Positions 47,401 to 57,932 of a stretch of 64,000 nt of DNA are shown piece after piece. The DNA is from a virus. The stretch lies in the IMG/VR virus record IMGVR_UViG_3300037264_003921, positions 1-64,000 of that record; one strand, given 5' to 3'. Each line of letters opens with the position of its first letter. Position 1 is the first letter of the stretch. The notes below the pieces were generated by a model. That model did not search any database. It was not told the origin of the DNA and saw only the letters and a list, made by a program, of their open reading frames with translations. The position numbers and the translations under genes are program-made.

Positions 47401-47650
47401 ATATCTGTTTGCCAGAAGGGGTTGATTCAGACACTTTAATGCTTTTACTAGGGACATTAGTTAACCTCAGGTATTTTGATAGGATTATATCCTGAGAGAT
47501 TTGAGACCAATGTGCTGGTATCTCAATGTTTTCTATCTTAAAAATGATTTCATTTGTGTTTTCATTTTTAATTGTGGTACTAACTTCTTTCCATTCAACA
47601 TAGCTAAATGGATCAATCCCATCTTCTGTAAAATGTCTAGCCAATTTCAT
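44420..47650 (-). CDS. nrdJ: Class II (B12-dependent) ribonucleotide reductase
   Basis: APNTPQWFN, HACF, SNPCLEY, ACNLA, QPSGT, ISKTVN, YRDGSK, C-terminal CxxC. Confidence 0.92.
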   Translation of the reverse strand: MKLARHFTEDGIDPFSYVEWKEVSTTIKNENTNEIIFKIENIEIPAHWSQISQDIILSKYLRLTNVPSKSIKVSESTPSGKQISDWLQRSTPVDGCQFGPETSTKQIFHRLAGFWAYWGWWYGYFDEEADAKIFYDESVYMLINQIAAPNTPQWFNSGVYWAYGHAGKKKGFWKADPKTCVANETSNTYENPGIHACFLQSVGDSLFEEDGIFNRIVSEARAFVSGGGSGSNFSAIRSKFEKLSSGNPATGLMSFLKIFDRSAGVVKSGSSQRKAAKMVVVDIDHPEAPEFILWKGIEEKKTQALAIGGFDAGWEGEAYQTVSGQNSNNSIRLSKKFLDAVVGDVMWDMTARTTGQVIRRMKARELWQYIKKAAWESGDPGVQYDDIINDWNTCKSDGRIKTSNPCLEYTFLDDTACNLATLNLQTLFHDNGDLKIKDFIAACRHWLMVLDISINAAQLPTKQLAEGTVKYRTTGLGHSGIGAVLMRAGIKYDCDKACHLSAAVTSLMTAECYSVSADMARTLGTFPRYEANKDCMQQVLRNHCAASVRKSLKSFSFRNLTVTPWSIDHSFINDELTNTIEAAWDNAITQGDKFGYRNAFVTVIQPSGTIGLVLGCDTTAIEPDFGIVKFKRLSGGGSMKIVNESVETSLRNLGYSDSQVDDIMIYVLGNNTFDGAPYINRQSLLDVGVTVDDLDEIEANLSGVSQLRYALMPYKLSDDTLQAIDIDKKSTNIFTALKFTQEQYIEANKWICGYGTLEGAPHIRSEHLSIFDCANRSGYGKRFINPEAHVRMCSAVSPFISGAISKTVNEPNEATEDDIGNLYLMAFDGRGSTRYCPGGIKGFAVYRDGSKQSQPLNNPTDMSWWSDSCKDARVYLRGDRRRPPRKRELVAHEVTIYTTQGHHKIIIKFGEYEDGSLAEIWIEVGKSNPDFTLAMRWMSRSMSNAIQYGQPIKEIADSFLNEEGGPAGRTDHPYITYCSSVPDLVVKLAMLEYEGDTTYCKKIPAEHEVRRGMIKNGKNGHNGNGHKSQNESVLGQRTFIAATKGRGCSKCGSELIQEFPCKLCLSCGTSLGGCSP

Positions 47651-48291
47651 CTAATATGCTCCATAGATAATCCAATTGTAAGTAGATCCTCTCCCATGAC
47701 AGGCTTAATTTTATTAAACAAATTAACATCGCCTAAAATTTTGATCCTATTATTCAGTAATAACTCATCTGATGGAAATTCATATCTGTCGACTTGATGC
47801 AATAGATTCATCGCTTTACGGCAATTAACTGATATTGATATAAAGCTCAACCCTATCTCTCCAGATCTAAACCATTTTACCATATTAGCAAACCCATTTT
47901 TATTGGACCAAATCAAAACGTCAACAGCTACGCAGTTACCTACTTTTTTATTTATAAAGTCATTAGACCTTACGATATCATTTATTAGTGATTCAGTTTT
48001 TGTAATTTGTATATTAAGATAGCTATAGCATATTTTCAATATTGAGCCCATATTTAATAATGCCGTTCCTTTATTCAATAAATTATTTCTATCACCATAT
48101 CTAACAATTTCTCTAATTAATTCATACGTTATTAAATCATTGATTTTCCACTCTCTCACTTGTTCAATGAATTTATTAATCGAGCGATATGCATATGTTT
48201 TTGATGGGTCAGTGTTCCGTGGTAACCTGACATGGCGGCCAACGCTAAACATTGCCCGCCTATAGCATTCATAGACACTTTGTATATCCAA
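47647..48291 (-). CDS. Hypothetical protein
   Basis: 214-aa ORF overlapping the nrdJ start. Confidence 0.65.
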   Translation of the reverse strand: MDIQSVYECYRRAMFSVGRHVRLPRNTDPSKTYAYRSINKFIEQVREWKINDLITYELIREIVRYGDRNNLLNKGTALLNMGSILKICYSYLNIQITKTESLINDIVRSNDFINKKVGNCVAVDVLIWSNKNGFANMVKWFRSGEIGLSFISISVNCRKAMNLLHQVDRYEFPSDELLLNNRIKILGDVNLFNKIKPVMGEDLLTIGLSMEHIR

Positions 48292-48378
48292 AATTTAGCT
48301 CCAGAATTCTAAAATCATCAACATGTATATAATTAATGCTCGTTTATTTTTAACAAATTAATTACATGGAGACATCAA

Positions 48379-48645
48379 ATGGACGCAGCCAGTGAAATAC
48401 CACAGGACAACAATGTAGAGCCAAACAAACAAGATGGCATTAAAAAATCATTAGATAAAGAGATCAATGATATAGTTGGACAGTTCTTTAAAGATCGTGG
48501 CATAGAAAATGCCATAGTAATAGCTGTCAACCCTGAAGATAACAATATAGCACTATTTTATACGAATCATTTCTATGACGCCACACGACTATTAAATGAT
48601 GTTTATAAACAGTTTAAAGATCGTATTGAAAAAGAATTGTCTTAA
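48379..48645 (+). CDS. Hypothetical protein
   Basis: GGAG SD; 88 aa. Confidence 0.6.
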   Translation: MDAASEIPQDNNVEPNKQDGIKKSLDKEINDIVGQFFKDRGIENAIVIAVNPEDNNIALFYTNHFYDATRLLNDVYKQFKDRIEKELS

Positions 48646-50315
48646 CGATCTGAAGCTCCACGCTCAAAGTAGAATTGTATTTTCTTTTCTCCAAGCGTAA
48701 TAAGTTCATTGAACCCAATTCCATTTGAACCAGCTTCAGCAAGTTTTTTAGTCGGAATCACATCATCGGTTGGTTGGAATATTGTAACAAATTTGACCCC
48801 AGAAACAGCTTGTATAGCTTCATATAAATTACTAAGATATAAACCGATACCCATATCAAAATTAGAGACATCAAAAAAATCATTGATCACTTTATTAACA
48901 GCTTCTCTTACTGTTCCAGCATCAGCCGTTCTACTTATTATAACATTAGTCCTAAGATCAATTGGTTTTATCTTGCCATCCAACACCCTAATCTCATCAG
49001 TCAAAACTGCAATTTCTGAGAAAAATTGTGTTAATCCCTGCTTTAATCCTGCACTCGGCACGACTGGTATGTGATCTGGGCCTTCAGCAAGCACATATAA
49101 TTCAACAATGTTTCTATTTATAAAATTAGCATCTAATATAGCAACAGCTTCTTCTATGGTAGCAGCCGAACGTACCAAGACTGCCAATGACTCAGAATTT
49201 TCAACTCCTGTACGTAATATTGCAACAGCACGTAACACTGATCCAAATACTGGATGTGTGAATGTTTTAGAAAGTTGTGCATAGTCTTCGCCAGTAGTTG
49301 CTGACCCAAGAGTAGCAGCCTCTTTTGGCGCACGAGCTTTAGCACTATCAAGACTTTCTTCATCAGTGCCACCAGAGCTTGGAGCTGGATTCCTGAAAAA
49401 CACTTCAACTGGTGCACTGACTGGTGCATCTGGAGTAACAGGGCGGGTTTCATTGATAAAATTAGCACCAATTCTACCGCGAATCCCGCCGCCAACTCTA
49501 TATCTAACTGTTATAATCTGGCCAGCGACTGGTGATTTTCCAGCAATATTGTCCCCGAACACTATTCTTGTTCTATCTTCAGAAAATCTAACCTCAAACA
49601 CTTCATCATTCGCACCAAATTTCTCTAAATTTTTAATCCTATGGAATGCAACAGTGTCGTTACCAGTCGTTACTTCAACTGTAATCGGATCGTCTAGGAC
49701 GTTTTTATCTAATATATCAACAATCTGACTGTGCCCACCGGCAGATTCCACAACAATTTGATCCGCAAATCGTCCTTCAATTCCGAATGCAATAACCCCT
49801 CTTTTACCTGTCGGAATTGTAATCTTACTATTAAAGTCACCTGGAGCTCTATATATTTCATATGTCAATGGCAACCCATCAGAGCCAGTAAGACTAAATC
49901 TCATACCAGATTGCATATTAACATTCGTCAAAGCAGGATTGTCTATCGTAACCTCAACATCAACAACAGCTGGTGTCGCTCTTTTAATCTCTTGATTGAT
50001 TAGACGCAAATGATTGATTACTGCTTCTTTTGTCTGAGCCGTTGGTAAAAACGATTCATCAGCTAATATATCACTACGCTGTGACAATATGTTACCAACA
50101 GCGGATACAAGTTCAGTAAACATAATAACGCCATTGCTGGCGACAAAATCATTGAAACTATCACTAAAATATGTCTTGATGTATTCAATAAGAGCCCGAC
50201 GCATTGTAACAAAGTCAAGAGCACTAAAATTAATCCTGCGCAGTTCTGCTGGAGCTAGAACAACACCAAACTCTTGTGGCTCTGTTGGTAGGTTAAATAT
50301 TGTTTTTTGTGTCAT
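48642..50315 (-). CDS. Baseplate wedge (gp6/J-like)
   Basis: LDFVTMR, ESFLPTAQ, IVFGDNIAGK.P, YRVGGG, GGTDEESL, TGEDY. Confidence 0.88.
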   Translation of the reverse strand: MTQKTIFNLPTEPQEFGVVLAPAELRRINFSALDFVTMRRALIEYIKTYFSDSFNDFVASNGVIMFTELVSAVGNILSQRSDILADESFLPTAQTKEAVINHLRLINQEIKRATPAVVDVEVTIDNPALTNVNMQSGMRFSLTGSDGLPLTYEIYRAPGDFNSKITIPTGKRGVIAFGIEGRFADQIVVESAGGHSQIVDILDKNVLDDPITVEVTTGNDTVAFHRIKNLEKFGANDEVFEVRFSEDRTRIVFGDNIAGKSPVAGQIITVRYRVGGGIRGRIGANFINETRPVTPDAPVSAPVEVFFRNPAPSSGGTDEESLDSAKARAPKEAATLGSATTGEDYAQLSKTFTHPVFGSVLRAVAILRTGVENSESLAVLVRSAATIEEAVAILDANFINRNIVELYVLAEGPDHIPVVPSAGLKQGLTQFFSEIAVLTDEIRVLDGKIKPIDLRTNVIISRTADAGTVREAVNKVINDFFDVSNFDMGIGLYLSNLYEAIQAVSGVKFVTIFQPTDDVIPTKKLAEAGSNGIGFNELITLGEKKIQFYFERGASDR

Positions 50316-50319
50316 ATAG

Positions 50320-50706
50320 TTAGGTTATTGTTGGACCAATTGGTATTGTTAGATCTAACTCAAGTATCTTGTTTGGATTATTAACCAAAGCTGCAAACAC
50401 TTTAATACGCAATTGAATGTCATCATTATCAATCAATACATCTGACACTTTAACTCTCGATTCTGATGTGCTTATCGCTCTGATTATAGACTGTCTTATA
50501 TTATTGATCGTAAATGTATCAATTGGTTCAAATAATGATCCTTTTAGGTCAGTACCAAAATCAGGCCTGAATACCCTCTCACCTGGTGTCGTCAACAACA
50601 GCTGCAGCAAATCATTTTTAATCAATCTTTCATCTGTTTGAACTGGCATAACAGATATATCAGTTAAAAATGGTGGATTAAACCCAAAAAACAACGATTT
50701 TGCCAT
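50320..50706 (-). CDS. Baseplate wedge gp25-like
   Basis: LLLTTPGERVFRPDFGTDL..LFEP. Confidence 0.9.
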   Translation of the reverse strand: MAKSLFFGFNPPFLTDISVMPVQTDERLIKNDLLQLLLTTPGERVFRPDFGTDLKGSLFEPIDTFTINNIRQSIIRAISTSESRVKVSDVLIDNDDIQLRIKVFAALVNNPNKILELDLTIPIGPTIT

Positions 50707-51419
50707 TATTTGACAAGCTCCGATACTTTAATAAGAGCATCAACAGCGGCCCTAGCAAGACCGTTCAAATTATTGACATTTTCAATTAGAGAGTCTCGCT
50801 CTATAAGTAAGTCATTTTCTCTAGCTAGTAGCTTACTAAGCATTTCATTATTATTAATTTCTTTTACGGCTGATATTATCTTCCTGATTTCATTTAGTCG
50901 TTTTTGATTCTCTATTATTGCAACCTGACCGTCATTTATCTGCGATTGCAATAATGCAACTTCATCTTCAAGTTCTTTCTTCCTTGAGACTGATGCTAAC
51001 ATAAGAATATCTATGTCATCTTGAGACAGCCCGGCATCCTTAAGATCAATAAGATTTGTATTGTGTTGTAAATCTATTTGTTTTGGAATTTGCGTTACAG
51101 TCGGCAAAACAATATCTTCTGTATCAAATTCTAACAACTCTCCTATACTAAACATTCTTTTATTGCTTCCTGGTTGTGTTTTATTAGCTTCAATCAACGT
51201 ATACATTAATTCACCAACAGCAGCACGTCTTAGAGAATCATCATTTGATTGTGGTGGGCGCTTCCTAGTCTCTTCAGCAACTGGTAATTGTACGATAAGA
51301 GCGTCTGATCGTTTAGGATCTTCATTTGATATAATAAATGTAATATTACCAGCGTCTTCTGGTTTCTCTGGAAGCTGGCCAGCACTTTGATATAAACCTG
51401 TTGGATGACGTATTATAAT
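50706..51419 (-). CDS. Coiled-coil protein, probable ATT start
   Basis: Frame stays open 71 codons upstream of ATG 51206 to ATT 51419, which follows an AAGGTG SD. Confidence 0.6.
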   Translation of the reverse strand: MIIRHPTGLYQSAGQLPEKPEDAGNITFIISNEDPKRSDALIVQLPVAEETRKRPPQSNDDSLRRAAVGELMYTLIEANKTQPGSNKRMFSIGELLEFDTEDIVLPTVTQIPKQIDLQHNTNLIDLKDAGLSQDDIDILMLASVSRKKELEDEVALLQSQINDGQVAIIENQKRLNEIRKIISAVKEINNNEMLSKLLARENDLLIERDSLIENVNNLNGLARAAVDALIKVSELVK

Positions 51420-51453
51420 ATTACACCTTGAATTTGGATATTATATTTTTGAT

Positions 51454-53988
51454 CTATATATTTGGAAACTTAGGAGTACCAACAAATTCAGGTCCAATAT
51501 CAAGTATTTCAATAGATTCAGATTTGATACTGCCACGATACTCAGCAACATCAGCCTTGTATGTCAATAAAGACGCATCTGAAACTGTCAATACTCTATA
51601 AATTATAGATTTCGATCCATATCTCTTCTGAGACAGCGCTGCTGCATCTGCTGCATCCTCTAAATTAATAGACAATGTCAGCTTATCTGCGTCTTTTTTG
51701 GGTGGCTCATTATTATTGTTTGCGAATGAATCTAATGCAAGACCAATTGACGCTATCTCATTTTGAAATTTAGTGCTAGTGCCATAGAATAATACTCCAT
51801 CACTACTTTCTAATGGATCAACAGGTTGTTGTGATGGATTGACAACAACGTCTGGCTCTTTAGATGGAGCAAATGGACTTGGTGGTGGAGGTGGAGGTGG
51901 TGGCGATGATGATGGCGGCATGCCAAATCCACCAGAACCGCCAGAGAATACTGTACTTGACACAGGTTTGGCTTGTGATTTATTTGGAGCACAATTACGT
52001 TCTATGTTAAATGGTAGTGGTTTCCTTGGTGTCACATCAATTGATTTTGGATCATGGGCAACACATTCAGTAGCAACACCAGCCGGTGCAGGCCCACACG
52101 GATCGCATGGAATTTGAATAACCTCATGCGTACCAAACATCGACACAACATTCAACCTACGCCCACGAATTTCCTGATTTGTCCCAACATGCCCAGCCTG
52201 CACAGTCCAGTGCGTACCAGCTGCCTCCATGCATATATCAGACCCAGCTTTGAGTGAGATACTTTTACCAGCTTTAAGCGATATATTCTCTTGAGCAATT
52301 ATCTCAACATCTGATTGTGCAAATATTTGTACTTTTTTGTTATTATTTCTAATCAATATTAATTGTTGTCCATCGTCAAGGGCAATATACATGTTGTTGT
52401 CTTTGCTACGCCATACAGCCCTGTTATGGTCTCGTGACATCCACATACCGCGATCGTCTGGACCAGTTGTCTCAGTAAAGCTAGCGCATGGGGCATCAGC
52501 ATCACGCATTTCAATACCCTGACCTTCTGGAGTTTTAACGCTGATATACTTATTAACATTGTCAAATTTTGCGTGGAAACTAGTGCGTTCAGGGTCGTGT
52601 GTCAGAGCAACTGTTCTAGAAAACTCATTATCTTTCGTACCTTTAAAATCTTCAGTAATTTTATTAGCTGTGTCTGTTGATACCATGACATAGCCCAATC
52701 TATCATTCAAATCTATAACCTTAGAGTCTGGTGTGAGTAACATCATTCTATTGGCCGGATCCTTATCATTAGCATCAAGCACGAACCCACGGCGGGTCTT
52801 CATAAGTATGCCGTTGCCACGCGGCCCATCTTTGGCTGTTGCATCAGTCTTATCAGAACCACGATCGTCTATAGCTATTTTATTACCATGTCTTGAAACC
52901 AATCTAATTTGACGTGCGTCCTCTTTGAATCCCTCTTCATTTTCACCATCAAGATCAGCACCTTTATCGGTTTTTAGTAGTTGTTTAATTTGTATGTCTT
53001 TTTGTGCGTCGTTACCTCTGTCAATAGATTGTATAACATGGCCGCCCTTCGTCCTTAATTTAATCCATCTCTCATCACGTTCCGACTCTTTAGAAACATC
53101 TATAGCTTTATCGTATTCACCAGGGCGATTTTTAGACCATCCAACATCTCTCATTTCAATCTTATGGCCGTATCTAGTCCTTATTTCGACACGTCGTTGA
53201 TCACGCCCCTTTGGTTCACCCTCATTAAAAAATTTCAACAAATATTTATGCCTGGCGATCTCAAAGCTTTCATCAGAAGAATGGTCACCTTTAAATTCGT
53301 TATTCCATTCATATCCAACATCACTCAATATCATTGTATGCCCATACTTTGTATGAAGAACAGCATACTTGACATCTGGATCGTTATGTTCAGGCGATTG
53401 GCTAGCTGCTTTAAAGGCCGATTTAGCTACAGCGTCTGTACCAGCTGACGCAGCTTCTTTAGCATGCTCTTTGGGGAAAAAACCAACAGAACTGATTGTA
53501 AAAAATGTGCCATATCTATCACGAACGCCAAAACTCATCGGCCTTTCATCTTTAGGTAGGTAGTTTTTGTCAAAATCATCAGGAGAGCCAGCTGATTCTC
53601 CTTTTTCATTAACAGCCAATGGTGTCACACCATGAACAGATTGCAATGGATAAAATTTTCTCCTAGTTGGTGATGCAGCACCAACCCATATTGGGGCATA
53701 TGGGTGGTTTTTTTCAAATTGTATAAATACAACATCCCCAATCATTGGTACCGCCCACCACCCATTTCCTTTACCACCTATTGGAAACGCTGGTGACGCC
53801 CACGGTAGTTCATCGCGCTTTACATCATTATTATGTAATTCTGGGATCCTGACTCTAATTCTACCAATTCTAAGAGGATCATTAGTCTCTTCTACGATTG
53901 CTCTATATAGACCATCAAAGCGGTCGAATAAATTTTCAGTCCTCGCTTTAAAGAACTTACCAAATACATAGTCTAAACCATCTCCCAT
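51454..53988 (-). CDS. Baseplate hub/spike (gp5/VgrG-like)
   Basis: YRAIVE..DPLRIGRIRVRIP..LPWA..P.IGD.V OB fold, beta-rich repeats. Confidence 0.85.
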   Translation of the reverse strand: MGDGLDYVFGKFFKARTENLFDRFDGLYRAIVEETNDPLRIGRIRVRIPELHNNDVKRDELPWASPAFPIGGKGNGWWAVPMIGDVVFIQFEKNHPYAPIWVGAASPTRRKFYPLQSVHGVTPLAVNEKGESAGSPDDFDKNYLPKDERPMSFGVRDRYGTFFTISSVGFFPKEHAKEAASAGTDAVAKSAFKAASQSPEHNDPDVKYAVLHTKYGHTMILSDVGYEWNNEFKGDHSSDESFEIARHKYLLKFFNEGEPKGRDQRRVEIRTRYGHKIEMRDVGWSKNRPGEYDKAIDVSKESERDERWIKLRTKGGHVIQSIDRGNDAQKDIQIKQLLKTDKGADLDGENEEGFKEDARQIRLVSRHGNKIAIDDRGSDKTDATAKDGPRGNGILMKTRRGFVLDANDKDPANRMMLLTPDSKVIDLNDRLGYVMVSTDTANKITEDFKGTKDNEFSRTVALTHDPERTSFHAKFDNVNKYISVKTPEGQGIEMRDADAPCASFTETTGPDDRGMWMSRDHNRAVWRSKDNNMYIALDDGQQLILIRNNNKKVQIFAQSDVEIIAQENISLKAGKSISLKAGSDICMEAAGTHWTVQAGHVGTNQEIRGRRLNVVSMFGTHEVIQIPCDPCGPAPAGVATECVAHDPKSIDVTPRKPLPFNIERNCAPNKSQAKPVSSTVFSGGSGGFGMPPSSSPPPPPPPPSPFAPSKEPDVVVNPSQQPVDPLESSDGVLFYGTSTKFQNEIASIGLALDSFANNNNEPPKKDADKLTLSINLEDAADAAALSQKRYGSKSIIYRVLTVSDASLLTYKADVAEYRGSIKSESIEILDIGPEFVGTPKFPNI

Positions 53989-54000
53989 CTTTACCTCAAT

Positions 54001-54330
54001 TTATACATTAGGCAACACTATCCTAGCTACTGGTGCCTTAATCACAGAGCCAATATGTGGCCAATTTACAGGGTTCAATGGTTTATTAAACAGCACTATT
54101 ACCCAATCTAAAACAGGTGAATTATATATACTATTTGCTATTGCCCATGGTTTTCCGGCAAATTCATGTGTAATATTCACGGTAATAACATCATCTTGAT
54201 TCAAATTATTTGGATCTAAAAATGGGAATTTTTTCAATAATCCAAATGTTTCAATTCCACCATTTATTATTGGCTGTGAAAGTCTAAAGCGTGAATATGG
54301 TTCTTTTGCAATTGACATATTTAATACCAA
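54001..54330 (-). CDS. Baseplate wedge gp53-like
   Basis: GKPWAIA..IY.SPVLDWVIVLFN. Confidence 0.7.
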   Translation of the reverse strand: MVLNMSIAKEPYSRFRLSQPIINGGIETFGLLKKFPFLDPNNLNQDDVITVNITHEFAGKPWAIANSIYNSPVLDWVIVLFNKPLNPVNWPHIGSVIKAPVARIVLPNV

Positions 54331-54923
54331 TCAGTTGGAGGTTTATCTCGAAGCCCAGGGACATTCTGTTTCGGTGAGCCCACTGATGCGCCTCCAATTT
54401 TAGTCACAAGTGCCGCATTGATTTTTATTTTAGTCAATAACGGAAATGCACCAGTCCCATCTTTAATTATTGTGTCGCCATGACTTATTCCAATATCTAA
54501 CAGTCTAAAATCTGCAGGGCCATCGCTGCCACCAAAATGATCATAAATATGCATTCTAGCAAGAGGGATATTTTCAAGATCTTTTATGCTTCTATAGAAA
54601 TATGCTTTTAATTGTTTAGTAATTAACGAAATATATTTTGCAGTGAATTTATCACTACCAGTCACAATATATGTTAATTCAATAGACACACGTCTTGGGT
54701 TCGATCCCATCCATATTGCAAGTGGCTCATATGATGCAACCTCAGTTTCATTCCATATTGCTGCTTTAGTATCGTCAGTAACCCTTGGTGGAAATTGTAA
54801 TGGTAGTGGAAAACCGCCACCAAATGGAAACCCGCTGACTGGCAATGGGTGGGTAACTAATATAATCGAAGCATGCTTTGTGCTCGCAAGTTCTCTGTCT
54901 ATTGATTGTAATTGAAATGCCAT
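54321..54923 (-). CDS. Tail tube initiator/baseplate junction-like protein
   Basis: LQFPP..DDTK.A.W...EP; located between the tape measure and gp53-like genes. Confidence 0.55.
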   Translation of the reverse strand: MAFQLQSIDRELASTKHASIILVTHPLPVSGFPFGGGFPLPLQFPPRVTDDTKAAIWNETEVASYEPLAIWMGSNPRRVSIELTYIVTGSDKFTAKYISLITKQLKAYFYRSIKDLENIPLARMHIYDHFGGSDGPADFRLLDIGISHGDTIIKDGTGAFPLLTKIKINAALVTKIGGASVGSPKQNVPGLRDKPPTDWY

Positions 54924-54929
54924 ATCATA

Positions 54930-57900
54930 TTACCATTGGTTAAGCATACTTGTCAAACTGCTTGCATCCTTATCTGATTTTGCCAATTTCGGGAGCCACG
55001 TCTTCAACAATTCAATTAATTGACCCATTGAAGACGAGTCACCGCCCATTTTATCGCCGATATTGTCAATTGCCTTTTTCATATCTTTAGTGCCAGTTAC
55101 CATTGCGTATTGTGCACGTTCGTCGCGTATTTTCCTAGCCGTATCTTCTGTTATTAGTGGTTTTCTAACTGGATCTGCTTTAAGTGTGAATGGACCTGAT
55201 GGGAATCCTGCGAATACACTATCTTCGCCTATAGACTTTTTGACTGCTTCAACTCGTAATGCAAGGTCTTCTAATACTGCAGCGGCTCTTTTGATCTCTT
55301 CTTTGCGCCCAAGAATCCCCTCAATGAATGGCTTAAAGACATCACCGATAGCACCGATCTTAACTAATGACCCAGACAATGATGATGCTGGCGTCGCTAT
55401 TGCTTTCATCGCAGCAGCAATTTCTTCAGCCTGTTTTAATGGGCTCTTTACACCGAATAATGATGCAATTCCGCCAGCAGCACCAACAACTGCTATCCCC
55501 ATAAGAGAAGCCATAAATGCTGTTATGCCAGCAGCTAAACTTATTAAAGCCAATCCAGCACCAGGACCAATCGACAACGCTGCCGATCCAATGTTTTGCA
55601 ATGCAACTCCGACTTTCTCAAGCACTGGACCAATTAATAGCCCCATCAATGAAGCAATAAACAACATTCCGAATCCTGCTAATATTGCTGGAGCGCTAAT
55701 AACTAATGCCGCCGCTAATACATATAGTCCCAAAGCTAGTGGATACATCAACAAAGTCATCGTGCCAATAATTGTAAGGAACATCCACCCGTCTGACAAC
55801 GCAACTTTAAATAATTCAGTAAAAGCTTTCACCATTAATGATATGCCAAAACTAGCCATCAAAACAGAAGCACCAATGGCTAAAAACACTAAAGACAATG
55901 GTAACAGTAATGGAGCAACAGCAACAGCAACTGGCCCCAACACAACAAGCGCAGCAGCCAACACATAAAACGCAGCAGCTGCAACAACTAAGCCAACAGC
56001 AGCACCAACCAGATCAGCAACACTAATACCAAATACTTTCATTGTAGCAGCAACAGCCAATAACGTACCACCGACTACTACCGCCAATAATCCAAGAGCG
56101 ATAATTCCTGGGAACACGCCTGGCGTTGTTCCCATGGCCCCAATTCCACCTGCCAAATTGGTAAAGAATGACTTCATACCGACACCACGTTCAGCAGTTA
56201 ATGATGATGTCGAATCTGCCATTACCTTCATACTACCTTTAAATATGTTGAACACACCCAGCATCCCTTTCACCGCGCCAACAGCTTTTGATATTGTCAC
56301 AAGAAATGCAACTCCCATTGCTGCAGCTATCATTGCCCCAAATATTGCTGAGGCTACTGTTGATTCTCTTATAAGTGTTATCATCTCAGTCAACACTGGA
56401 ACTATAACAGATCCTATTTGAGCAGCAACAGTCAATAATGGAGTTAACAACATTTTTAATTGTTCAGTTAGTGTTGCCGTTGCTTCTGAAAACTGAGCAT
56501 CTAGATTTTTCGTATCATCAAACGCTTGATAATATTCAGTTATTCCTTTACCAGCCTCGCTGGCTTTTTGGTCTAGCAGCATTAGTGACCCAGCAAATTG
56601 TTTATTAATTCCTAAAGCATCAGCAAGAGCACTCCTACTTAACTTGCCCTGTTTGCCTAACTCTTTAATTTTCGCACTAGCGGCCACTAAATACACATTC
56701 ATATTTTCTGTAGCTGTAGCATTTTCATCGAAAACAGCATTTACTTTAGCAAACCCTGCCACAGCTTTTAATGGGTCAGTGAGCAACGGCTGCAATTGTC
56801 CAATCATAGTCTGAAAATTACCACCAGCACCTTTGACAGCCCCAGATAGTTTAATCAATTCAACGGATAATTCAGCGGCATCCTGTGGATTGTATAAGAA
56901 AGACACCTCTAACATAGTATCATTAAATTGTGACATCATGCCAGATGCTTCTTGAGCTGACAGTCCACTACGTCTAATCGCACTCGCTATAGCCGTAAGA
57001 TTTTTAGTAGCTTGTTCAGAGCTGCCAATAAGAGCTACTATTCTTTTTTGATATAATGCTGTAATGTCACTAGAAATTCCAGTAATTTTAGAGAATTTAT
57101 AATTAACCTCAGCAAGTTTACTAATACGGTCCTTTGCTGAGAATCCTGCTTGTGCTAATGCTGTAAAAGTTGCAACAGCTTCATCAGATGATGCACCGAA
57201 TGACATCCGTAACTGATTTGACGATGCTATAAGTTCATTTGTTGTACCAATAGACCTAAACGTTGCTTTAGCATACGCATCTTGCATACTTACGACATTT
57301 TTAAAACCACTCCATAGATATAACACTACGGCTCCCATAACACCAAATTTCCCAGCAGCAGCACTAATGATCGAACCGAGGTGTTGAGTTTCTTTATTCA
57401 ACCCTTTGATGCCACCCATCACAGCAAGCATCATGTCTTTATGTGTACGCAGATTTTTTGTGTATTTGTCTATAAGTTGACTATTTTTAGTCACCTTTTG
57501 TGAAAAAGCAACAAATTTATCTTCAGTGATTTCGGTTAGTTCATCTTTATACTCTTTATGTGCTTTAATAAATCTGTGTATCTGTGCCTCAGCTGCCTGC
57601 TGCTGCTTCGCAACAGATTCCAATGCGTCACTATACGCTACGGTCGCTTGTTCTGATAGGAATGTTGCAGTATTACTATCAAGCGCCGTAACTTTATACT
57701 TCTCTTGAATATTGGCATAATTATCAAGCATCAGCGATAATTGTTCTTTAACTTTAATGAATTCTTCATCAGAAGATGTATCTCCTTGCGAAGCTTTTAT
57801 GGCTTGTGCGGCTTTGACAGCAATATTTTGTAAAGACTTGACTTTACCAATAAGCGAATCAACAGCATGCATCGCTGGCTCAAATTGCAACTTGAGTTCC

Positions 57901-57932
57901 AAGCCAAGAGCATATGTATTAATGTCTGGCAT
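54930..57932 (-). CDS. Tape measure protein
   Basis: 1000 aa, Ala/Gly-rich helical with hydrophobic segments, in the tail module. Confidence 0.8.
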   Translation of the reverse strand: MPDINTYALGLELKLQFEPAMHAVDSLIGKVKSLQNIAVKAAQAIKASQGDTSSDEEFIKVKEQLSLMLDNYANIQEKYKVTALDSNTATFLSEQATVAYSDALESVAKQQQAAEAQIHRFIKAHKEYKDELTEITEDKFVAFSQKVTKNSQLIDKYTKNLRTHKDMMLAVMGGIKGLNKETQHLGSIISAAAGKFGVMGAVVLYLWSGFKNVVSMQDAYAKATFRSIGTTNELIASSNQLRMSFGASSDEAVATFTALAQAGFSAKDRISKLAEVNYKFSKITGISSDITALYQKRIVALIGSSEQATKNLTAIASAIRRSGLSAQEASGMMSQFNDTMLEVSFLYNPQDAAELSVELIKLSGAVKGAGGNFQTMIGQLQPLLTDPLKAVAGFAKVNAVFDENATATENMNVYLVAASAKIKELGKQGKLSRSALADALGINKQFAGSLMLLDQKASEAGKGITEYYQAFDDTKNLDAQFSEATATLTEQLKMLLTPLLTVAAQIGSVIVPVLTEMITLIRESTVASAIFGAMIAAAMGVAFLVTISKAVGAVKGMLGVFNIFKGSMKVMADSTSSLTAERGVGMKSFFTNLAGGIGAMGTTPGVFPGIIALGLLAVVVGGTLLAVAATMKVFGISVADLVGAAVGLVVAAAAFYVLAAALVVLGPVAVAVAPLLLPLSLVFLAIGASVLMASFGISLMVKAFTELFKVALSDGWMFLTIIGTMTLLMYPLALGLYVLAAALVISAPAILAGFGMLFIASLMGLLIGPVLEKVGVALQNIGSAALSIGPGAGLALISLAAGITAFMASLMGIAVVGAAGGIASLFGVKSPLKQAEEIAAAMKAIATPASSLSGSLVKIGAIGDVFKPFIEGILGRKEEIKRAAAVLEDLALRVEAVKKSIGEDSVFAGFPSGPFTLKADPVRKPLITEDTARKIRDERAQYAMVTGTKDMKKAIDNIGDKMGGDSSSMGQLIELLKTWLPKLAKSDKDASSLTSMLNQW

